From Desulfomonilia bacterium (GTDB lineage Bacteria; Desulfobacterota; Desulfomonilia; UBA1062): DNA of 64,000 bases. The DNA lies in the NCBI GenBank assembly GCA_050014195.1, contig JBEKDT010000001.1:416001-480000 (forward strand), in the 5' to 3' direction. A program made the translations under genes and the position numbers. Shown one piece after another: positions 40,687 through 48,239 of the stretch (the first letter of the stretch is position 1; every line of letters starts with the position of its first letter). The notes under the pieces were generated by a model that ran no database searches, was not told the origin of the DNA, and was given only the letters and a program-made list of their open reading frames with translations.

Positions 40687-42117
40687 TTGGAGAAAAGACT
40701 TTATCATGTTCAAGTGCCCATAGGTAATCAGGAAAAGATACTTGTTATCGATGATGACAATCTTGTCTGCAGTTCCATAGCAAACGTTGCTAAAGCCTTG
40801 GGATACAATGCTACGACAGCCCTTACCCTGAAAGAAGGCATCGAGTCGGTTAACAAGGAACCGTATGATGTAGTGTTTCTTGATGTGCATATGCCTGATG
40901 GGAACGGGATCGAAATGCTTCCCAAAATCTGCCAGAGTGGCGGCCGACCTGAAGTTATCGTCATAACCGCCTATGGAGATCCGGAATCAGTCGAGACAGC
41001 CCTTTCCCGGGGGGCCTGGGATTACATTGAAAAACCCTTTTCGAAGAACGATCTTGTCCATCTGTTAAAAGATGCAATTCTCTTTCATGAAAGCAATAAG
41101 CAACCATTGATCAGCGTAGATTTTGAGAAAGAGGGGATCATTGGTAAGAGTTCCCAGATGAGAGAATGCCTGGCATTACTAAGCAAGACATTAAACAGTG
41201 ATGCCAATGTGCTGCTTACCGGCGAAACAGGAACGGGTAAAGATCTCTTTGCGCTGGCAATCCACAATAACTCCAGCCGCGCCAAGAATAACTTTATTGT
41301 GGTCGACTGTGCCTCCTTGCCCCCGAATCTGGTGGAAAGCATTCTTTTCGGTCACGAGAAGGGATCATATACCAGTGCGGATAAAGCGCAGCAAGGTCTG
41401 GTCATACAGGCCCACAGGGGGACACTGTTTCTGGATGAAGTGGGTGAACTCCCCCTGTCCATCCAGCAAAAGTTCCTGCGTATCCTCCAGGAGGGTCGCT
41501 TCCGTCCTGTCGGAAAACCCACTGAGATTGAAAGCGATTTCAGAATCATATCTGCCACAAACCAGAATCTGGACAATTTAGCAGAGATAAAAAGATTCCG
41601 AAAAGATCTCCTCTTCAGACTCAAATCCATCACCATCCATCTCCCTGCACTCAGAGATCGACCCGAGGATATCCTGGAATTGACAAATCACTACCTGCAA
41701 AAACTCTGCAAGAAATATGGCATGAAACCAAAGCGCCTCAGTACTGCATTTAGAGATACCATCATGCAGTATGCCTGGCCCGGTAATGTACGTGAATTGA
41801 TTCACGCACTGGAGAGCTCGCTTACGGTTGCACATGATAGTGCCATCCTGGTCCCAAAACATCTTCCACACCATATTCATGTGCAGGTGAAGCAAAATAC
41901 TGTTGCAGCTAAAAAAAAGAAACCGCTGCGCATTGCGACAAACAACAGCCTTTCCAGCCTCAATGAGGTGCGGGAAGAGGCTATCGCTGAGATAGAACAG
42001 CAGTATCTTAAGGAGTTGATGATCCGGACAAAAGCCCATATTGAGACAGCCTGCAGAATATCCGGGCTATCCCGCTCGCGTCTCTACGCCTTGCTGAAGA
42101 AGTACAACATATCATAG
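40687..42117 (+). CDS. sigma54-dependent response regulator (REC-AAA+-HTH, NtrC family)
   Basis: IDDD/FLD receiver, GETGTGKD, GHEKGSYTSA (GAFTGA variant), LFLDEV, WPGNVREL, SGLSRSRLY HTH. Confidence 0.93.
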   Translation: MEKRLYHVQVPIGNQEKILVIDDDNLVCSSIANVAKALGYNATTALTLKEGIESVNKEPYDVVFLDVHMPDGNGIEMLPKICQSGGRPEVIVITAYGDPESVETALSRGAWDYIEKPFSKNDLVHLLKDAILFHESNKQPLISVDFEKEGIIGKSSQMRECLALLSKTLNSDANVLLTGETGTGKDLFALAIHNNSSRAKNNFIVVDCASLPPNLVESILFGHEKGSYTSADKAQQGLVIQAHRGTLFLDEVGELPLSIQQKFLRILQEGRFRPVGKPTEIESDFRIISATNQNLDNLAEIKRFRKDLLFRLKSITIHLPALRDRPEDILELTNHYLQKLCKKYGMKPKRLSTAFRDTIMQYAWPGNVRELIHALESSLTVAHDSAILVPKHLPHHIHVQVKQNTVAAKKKKPLRIATNNSLSSLNEVREEAIAEIEQQYLKELMIRTKAHIETACRISGLSRSRLYALLKKYNIS

Positions 42118-42146
42118 TATTCTTGAATCGATATTTCATACGTGCA

Positions 42147-42282
42147 TTCCTGCCGGAAGAGACTAGTCCTCCCACACAGGACAATCAGCATTCACTCTTG
42201 AAAGATATGCGTATCATGAAATCATGTAACAAACTAATATTACATGCTGTCTCTTAATCTTCAACAATGGCATGGTAATTGA
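42147..42282 (+). promoter_or_regulatory. tandem enhancer sites + sigma54 promoter (locus 3)
   Basis: TTCCT-N7-GAGAC (42147), GTCCT-N7-AGGAC (42166), TGGCAT-N5-TTGA (42268). Confidence 0.7.
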
Positions 42283-42327
42283 GTATCCTTGTACGAAGGC
42301 ATCCCAGAGAGAAAGGTACTGAACGAT

Positions 42328-42651
42328 ATGGAAAATAAGATTTTGCTGTTGTCAGTAATTATGTTTTTCGGATTCTCGGTCCTTTCAGGGGCTACACCCA
42401 TTGAATTTAAAAATCGGCATGTAATCCTTGGCTATACCCCCATAACCTTGAGACAGCCTTCGGCCCAAGTGGGTAAGGCCTTCTCTGTCGGGGTGCATAA
42501 CATTAAAAACACACTCGCGTTTTCTATGAGTGAACTCAAGAATACTTCTGCTCCCGCCCCTCTACCCAAGCCCTCAACCCTTTTTCTTCTTGGTTGTGGA
42601 ATTATTTTCTCCGTTGGTTTCAGCAAAAGATACAGGCAACACAAAGAATGA
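42328..42651 (+). CDS. small PEP-CTERM-like surface protein (PKP variant)
   Basis: signal peptide ending SGA-TPI; C-terminus PLPKPSTLFLLGCGIIFSVGFSKRYR. Confidence 0.7.
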   Translation: MENKILLLSVIMFFGFSVLSGATPIEFKNRHVILGYTPITLRQPSAQVGKAFSVGVHNIKNTLAFSMSELKNTSAPAPLPKPSTLFLLGCGIIFSVGFSKRYRQHKE

Positions 42652-42759
42652 CTCACATTCTGTGTTAATGCGTCACTACAGCACTATGACTTAAGCGAAA
42701 AGATTAATACCCGGGCAATGATACATTGAATACTTGGAGAAATTCAGCAGGAGGTTATC

Positions 42760-43125
42760 ATGAATGCTACTCAGACCGAGACCAGATATTATATTTTCAA
42801 GTGTCGAGACCATGAATGCAATGAAACTATACCGGTAATATCTTTCATCTCTCAATATGCCTTTTCAGCAGGGAGTATCTATCTGAAAAGACAAGCCATT
42901 GAGAGAGACTATGACCTCATCACCGTCGATGTCATATGTCCGTTCTGCTGCGCAGCAAATCACTTCCAGATAATGGAAAATAAAAAGGAGTTAAGCAGGC
43001 AGGATTATGATGAAGCAAGCAAGGTCATGGAGGTAAAATTGGCGTTGAGACATGAGCTCAATAAGATACTTGCACATGATTACAAGGGTCAGCCAGATGT
43101 TGTCTCTACAATACCCTTAAGGTAA
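42760..43125 (+). CDS. hypothetical Zn-ribbon-like protein
   Basis: RBS AGGAGG; CRDHEC ... CPFC. Confidence 0.7.
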   Translation: MNATQTETRYYIFKCRDHECNETIPVISFISQYAFSAGSIYLKRQAIERDYDLITVDVICPFCCAANHFQIMENKKELSRQDYDEASKVMEVKLALRHELNKILAHDYKGQPDVVSTIPLR

Positions 43126-43173
43126 CTGAGCCAACTAGCCATAAGAAACAAAGCTATAACCCCCATAACTCTT

Positions 43174-43209
43174 GAGGGAGGGTATCAAGATGACCCTCTC
43201 TCGTTTTTT
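43174..43209 (+). terminator. rho-independent terminator
   Basis: GAGGGAGGGT..ACCCTCTCTC stem followed by T-run. Confidence 0.65.
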
Positions 43210-43770
43210 GTAATTTTGCTCATCATCACCCACTCATCTCATCTCATCTTCAGCATCATGATCACCCATTCTTCTCGAACACACTCCCTGTAAGATAGCC
43301 AATTCCCAGGCTCGAAGCCTTTCCTCCAGATATAAAGAAGCCCTTGGGGTGTCACAAAAGATCGGACTTGTTCGGATAAGTTTTAAAGAATTTTGGGCTT
43401 TGACTGTGCCTTTTCACTGTGTTAGGGAGAGGCTATCATGAGTAGTGACGAGAGCAGCAGTAGTCATAGATTTTAATACCCTTGTCCCGGTATAGATCGT
43501 CTGTCCATGGGCAAGGGAGAGATGATCGTGCCGGACATGTACCGTTTGCAATTTTCAGATAACCGGACGATCCTGTCAATAGATACGAGCAGGGTGCGGA
43601 TGTATGCTGAGACATCACCGAGTCTCTTTTTGCGGGATGAAAGGATGGTTTTCAAACACCACGGCACATCCATGCCCTGTTCAGAGAAGTGATTTCCCCT
43701 GCTTGCAAGAAGCTAGCTTTATCGGACCTGTGTGCGAACATGTATGTGAAAGCGAAAAGAGGATTTCAGC

Positions 43771-45078
43771 ATGTATTGGCTGAGTAAATCTTTTCATCGC
43801 ATCGATCGCTTTAAAAAAAGGCTCTTCGTCTTTCTTGCGGTCCTCGGCCCGGGAATCATCGTGATGATCGCCGACAACGATGCAGGCGGTATTTCCACCT
43901 ATGCGGTTACCGGCTCAAAATACGGGTTCAATCTTCTCTGGATGTTTGTCATCCTCCTGCCCATGGCCTATTATGTACAGGAAATGACCGTCCGTCTTGG
44001 CGCTGTGACAAAACGCGGCCACGCAGAGGCTATCTTTGACGGCTTCGGGCCTTTCTGGGGCTGGTTCTCCATTGTGGACCTGATCATTACCAACTGGCTC
44101 ACCCTGGTCACGGAATATGTGGGAATGACGGCTGGCATGAGTCTCTTGGGCGTTCCTCCTTGGTTGACAATCATTGTCGTAACAGCAATCTTGTTCAGCA
44201 TTGTTCTATCAGGGCAATACTGGACCTTTGAAAAGATCACCCTTTTCTTTTGCTGCTTTAATTTCGTATACATTCCGGCTGCTATCTGGGCTATGGATAT
44301 GCCCTCGGCACCGGCATGGAACCACGTCTTTCAAGGATTCTACAATCCGAAGATGGGCGGTTTCACCATGGATCTCATCTTCATTCTTCTCGCCAACATC
44401 GGCACTACGATTGCCCCATGGATGCTCTTCTTCCAACAGAGTGCCGTTGTGGACAAGGGTCTTGACATACACGACGTGACCTACGGGAAAATCGAGACAT
44501 TTGTCGGTTCTTTTTTCACCTGCCTCGTTGCCGTCTTTATTATTATCGCAACAGGTGCAGCCTTTTTCTATCACCATCCACCGATCACGATTGAAGACGC
44601 CAAGCAGACCGCCGAGGCTATAGTGCCTCTTCTGCCTTTTGGTTATGGAGAACTCGCCAGGAAGCTCTTCGCCATCGGTCTCTTTGATGCCGGATTCCTT
44701 GGTGCACTCTGTATCTCTCTGGCCAGTTCTTGGGCCGTAGGAGAGGTTTTTGGCTGGGCACACTCCTTAAATCAAAAAGTCAAGGACGCCCCGTGGTTTT
44801 ACATCGTTTACCTCGTGATGCTGATCACTTCAGGTGCCGTGGTCTTAATACCAGGAGCTCCTCTTATTACTATCACCATGTTTGTCCAGGTGGTGGCGGT
44901 CACCCTTCTACCGGCCGCCCTGGTATTTCTCCTGCTCCTCCTGAATGATAAACCCCTTATGGGCGAGCACGTTAATACGCGCTCACAGAACATCATGAAT
45001 TGGATGATTGTCCTCTTTGTCGTTATTATGTCCTCGCTGCTGGGAATAGGTACCCTGTTCCCGGGGTTATTCACATGA
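43771..45078 (+). CDS. NRAMP-family divalent cation transporter (Mg2+-type clade)
   Basis: GPG..DNDAGG..TY, QEMTVRLG, GTTIAPW.LFFQQS; multiple TM helices. Confidence 0.9.
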   Translation: MYWLSKSFHRIDRFKKRLFVFLAVLGPGIIVMIADNDAGGISTYAVTGSKYGFNLLWMFVILLPMAYYVQEMTVRLGAVTKRGHAEAIFDGFGPFWGWFSIVDLIITNWLTLVTEYVGMTAGMSLLGVPPWLTIIVVTAILFSIVLSGQYWTFEKITLFFCCFNFVYIPAAIWAMDMPSAPAWNHVFQGFYNPKMGGFTMDLIFILLANIGTTIAPWMLFFQQSAVVDKGLDIHDVTYGKIETFVGSFFTCLVAVFIIIATGAAFFYHHPPITIEDAKQTAEAIVPLLPFGYGELARKLFAIGLFDAGFLGALCISLASSWAVGEVFGWAHSLNQKVKDAPWFYIVYLVMLITSGAVVLIPGAPLITITMFVQVVAVTLLPAALVFLLLLLNDKPLMGEHVNTRSQNIMNWMIVLFVVIMSSLLGIGTLFPGLFT

Positions 45079-45097
45079 GTACCAGGGAGGTAACAGC

Positions 45098-46384
45098 ATG
45101 ATCGCGGATAAAAATTTTAAAATGAAGACAAACGATCAGCACCCCGGTTTTGAACAGTTTCGATTTCTCTTCTTCTCCGAGCTGCTCAAACTGCCTGTGT
45201 GCAGGGAAAAGATCAAGAACCGCATCGGAAAACTGAGCGACCTTGTCTTTCTCCATAAAGAGCCGTATCCGGAAGCGGTAGGCATCTATATAGAGCACGG
45301 CTGGGGAAAACCCACCGAGTTCATTCCCTGGTCAAAGGTGATCAAGATTGAGGATGATGCAATCTTTGTCAGGCCGCCGGACAGCGGGGACGTGTATCCG
45401 CCCTTTGTCGATCAGCCGGGCTGGATCCTCATGGACAAGCATCTCATGGGTAAGACTGTCCTCGATATAGACGGCAGGCAGGTTGAGGTGGTCAATGATG
45501 TCCATTTCATCGAGACACGGGGTCTTTTGCTCCTGGTCCATGTGGATATCTCATTTGGCGGCTTCTTTCGCAGATGGGGCCTGGGTAAGTTCGAACTGGT
45601 CAACAGCAACCTCATCTCCTGGAAATATATCCAGCCGCTTTCTGTCGAGGATGCGGTTTCCACCGACAAGGTGACCCTCTCCGTAACCAAGAACCAGATG
45701 CTGGAGCTCCCCAGCGAGGATCTGGCCGATTTCCTGGAAGAGCTGCCCAATGAGGAGCAGCAGGTTCTTTTCTCGGCCCTTGATACGGAAAAGGCCGCCG
45801 AGACCCTCATGGAGGCTGAGCCCAGGGCTCAGCGCCAGATCATCGCCAATCTGCGGGAGGAAAAGGCCCGCAAGATCCTTTCGGAGATGTCGACCCCGCA
45901 GCTGGCAGGCCTGTTCACGGTCCTGCCGCACGACGATGTCACCGAGCTCATGGCTTTCCTGAGCAAGGAGCAGGCCGAGCGAGTCCGCAATATCCTTTCC
46001 CAGCGTGAAATTCAGGCGAGAAATATCATGTCTTCCGATTATGTCGTTGCACAAAAATCAGACAAGGCCGGTGATGTCCTCACCGCGATCAGGGGTTCCG
46101 GCAGAGATCCCAAGAGCATCTCATACATCTATGTGGTCAATGGTGACGGCAAGACCCTGCTCGGGGTGGTTGATCTCCGTGACCTGGTTCTCGCACAGGA
46201 GCATCTGACCATGAGCGATGTCATGGTCTCGCCGGTGGTTTCAGCAGAAGAGGATGATGTACAGGATGATCTGGTGGAAATGTTTGTGAAGTATCAATAC
46301 CACATGATCCCTGTTGTAGACAGGAATGACCGGATCCTTGGGGTGCTCTATCACAATGACATTGATAATCTCATATCACAATAA
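45098..46384 (+). CDS. soluble MgtE-like protein (PRC-barrel, MgtE N-domain, CBS pair)
   Basis: VLDIDGRQVEVVNDV, DLADFLEEL, YIYVV..LLGVV.LRDL, IPVVD; no TM domain. Confidence 0.85.
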   Translation: MIADKNFKMKTNDQHPGFEQFRFLFFSELLKLPVCREKIKNRIGKLSDLVFLHKEPYPEAVGIYIEHGWGKPTEFIPWSKVIKIEDDAIFVRPPDSGDVYPPFVDQPGWILMDKHLMGKTVLDIDGRQVEVVNDVHFIETRGLLLLVHVDISFGGFFRRWGLGKFELVNSNLISWKYIQPLSVEDAVSTDKVTLSVTKNQMLELPSEDLADFLEELPNEEQQVLFSALDTEKAAETLMEAEPRAQRQIIANLREEKARKILSEMSTPQLAGLFTVLPHDDVTELMAFLSKEQAERVRNILSQREIQARNIMSSDYVVAQKSDKAGDVLTAIRGSGRDPKSISYIYVVNGDGKTLLGVVDLRDLVLAQEHLTMSDVMVSPVVSAEEDDVQDDLVEMFVKYQYHMIPVVDRNDRILGVLYHNDIDNLISQ

Positions 46385-46432
46385 CAGTTTCTCAAGGGGT
46401 AAAGGCATGCAAACAGTTATGGAGAGACGATT

Positions 46433-46546
46433 ATGCCGCGCGTGAAGATAACAAAGATGAGCAGGATTGCTTTGTATTTCTTACGATTCTACCTAATCTT
46501 TCTGATTGGTCTTTTGCTGGTCAAGTTCCTGAAAGTGGTTCACTGA
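46433..46546 (+). CDS. 37-aa single-TM peptide in Mg transporter operon
   Basis: GGAG RBS; MPRVKITKMSRIALYFLRFYLIFLIGLLLVKFLKVVH*. Confidence 0.65.
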   Translation: MPRVKITKMSRIALYFLRFYLIFLIGLLLVKFLKVVH

Positions 46547-46726
46547 TAATTGGTATAAGGCACTCGAATAGTACCTTCTCCTCAGGTATTACCATGAACA
46601 TCCTTGTCCGGATTTTCACAACCTTCCACGGATTTGGTTACGAAAAATGATTCCCCATGTACAAATCTGTAGGCGGAACCTCTGATGGTGATATGTAACT
46701 GGCTGATAAAATAGACTGATAAAAAA

Positions 46727-46741
46727 TGGCTCATATTTTGC
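46727..46741 (+). promoter_or_regulatory. sigma54 promoter
   Basis: TGGCTC-N5-TTGC; upstream direct repeat CCTT-N3-CGGATTT at 46602 and 46622. Confidence 0.5.
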
Positions 46742-46827
46742 GTCCATCAAATCAGTACAATGGAACTACTGGAAACAATCGTATGAGGCCAAGCTTAAAA
46801 ACCCTATCGGATAAGGGGGATATCATC

Positions 46828-48180
46828 ATGAAAAATGAAAAATTATTCTATGAGAAGAGAGAAAAGTCGGCAGGCGCAAGATACACGATCGGTAAATTTG
46901 ATAAGGTACCGGAATCCTGTAAGCTTAAGAAGTGTCGATGGATTAAATGGTGCGCTACCCCTGCCGAAAACCTGATTTATGCCACAGCCGCCGATTTCAC
47001 AGATCATAAGCCTGCCGATGCGGCGCAAAAAGAGAGGCTTGAGAATAAATTTATCCAGACCCGGGAAATTGAGTCTATCGAAAAAGGTGGTATTGCCCAT
47101 GATTTCAATAACATCCTCACAGCCATTATGGGGTATACAGAGCTTGCAATAGATAATGCCTCAGAACCGGATAAGGTAAAGCAGAATCTGAAGAAGGCAC
47201 TCATGGCGAGCACCCGGGCAAGAGACCTTGTGAGCCAGATCATAACCTTCAGCCGTCAGGCCGATAAAAAGTTCACCCCTATAAAGTTTAACTTTGCCAT
47301 AATAGAATCACTCTGGATGTTACGTCCAATGATACCCTCGAACATCAAGATCAGACAGAATCTTAAGGTCCCTGCTATGGTCATGGCTGATCCCACCCAG
47401 ATTCACCAGGTCATGATGAACCTCTGTTCCAATGCGGTCCATGCCATGGTCGAGGATGGGGGTGAGTTGGATGTAAGGTTGGAAAAATCGATTATTTATG
47501 GTGATACGAATGCCCATGATCCGGATCTGCCCGCAGGGTCCTATGTAAAGCTTACCATCAGTGATACCGGGCAGGGCATGCCCCCCGAGGTCATGAAACG
47601 GATCTTTGATCCTTATTTCACCACAAAAGAAAAAGAATTAGGACGCGGCAGAGGCCTGGGTTTATCGGTCGTTCATGGGATCGTGAAAAGTCATGGAGGC
47701 GCGATCACCTGTATGAGCACACCAGGAGAAGGGACTTCCTTTGTCATATATCTCCCTGAGATTGAATCCGGGAAAGAGACCATCGGAACCATCGAGGAAA
47801 CGTCTCTCCCCACGGGAACCGAGCGGATTCTTTTTATAGATGATGAGCAGGTTATTGTGAATCTGGCAGAAGAGATGCTGAGTAAGCTGGGATATGATGT
47901 CGTTGCCAAAACAAGCAGCGTCGAGGCCCTTGCGTTATTTCAAGAAAACCCTGACAAATTTGACCTGATCATTACCGATATGTCCATGCCGGCCATGACA
48001 GGAGATAGTCTGGCTCAAAATATCCTTGGTCTGCGCAGCGATATCCCCATCATCCTGTGCACCGGATATAGTAAAGATATCACTGAGGAGAAGGCAAAGA
48101 GTATCGGCATTCGAGAGTTTATCATGAAGCCGGTAGAAATGAGGGTGATGGCTGAAACCATCCGGAAGGTGCTTGATTAA
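46828..48180 (+). CDS. hybrid histidine kinase-receiver lacking a recognisable sensor domain
   Basis: GGIAHDFNNIL H-box, NLCSNA, DTGQG, FDPYFTTK, GLGLS, C-terminal receiver. Confidence 0.85.
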   Translation: MKNEKLFYEKREKSAGARYTIGKFDKVPESCKLKKCRWIKWCATPAENLIYATAADFTDHKPADAAQKERLENKFIQTREIESIEKGGIAHDFNNILTAIMGYTELAIDNASEPDKVKQNLKKALMASTRARDLVSQIITFSRQADKKFTPIKFNFAIIESLWMLRPMIPSNIKIRQNLKVPAMVMADPTQIHQVMMNLCSNAVHAMVEDGGELDVRLEKSIIYGDTNAHDPDLPAGSYVKLTISDTGQGMPPEVMKRIFDPYFTTKEKELGRGRGLGLSVVHGIVKSHGGAITCMSTPGEGTSFVIYLPEIESGKETIGTIEETSLPTGTERILFIDDEQVIVNLAEEMLSKLGYDVVAKTSSVEALALFQENPDKFDLIITDMSMPAMTGDSLAQNILGLRSDIPIILCTGYSKDITEEKAKSIGIREFIMKPVEMRVMAETIRKVLD

Positions 48181-48239
48181 AACCAACTTCATGTATCAAT
48201 ACGTTTAAAAATTCAGCACCATTATAATAGTTCTCTTTC

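Noticed and set aside
42700-42735. Fourth sigma54 promoter before the Zn-ribbon gene
   Set aside because: GG-to-TTGA spacing is wrong and no tandem enhancer sites are present
43215-43300. His-rich peptide from CAT-rich low-complexity sequence
   Set aside because: The His-rich frame has no start codon after an upstream TGA
43415-43600. M-box (ykoK) riboswitch upstream of the Mg transporter
   Set aside because: Only GTTAGGGAGAGGCT resembles the 5' consensus; downstream conserved elements are not seen and the motif doubles as an RBS
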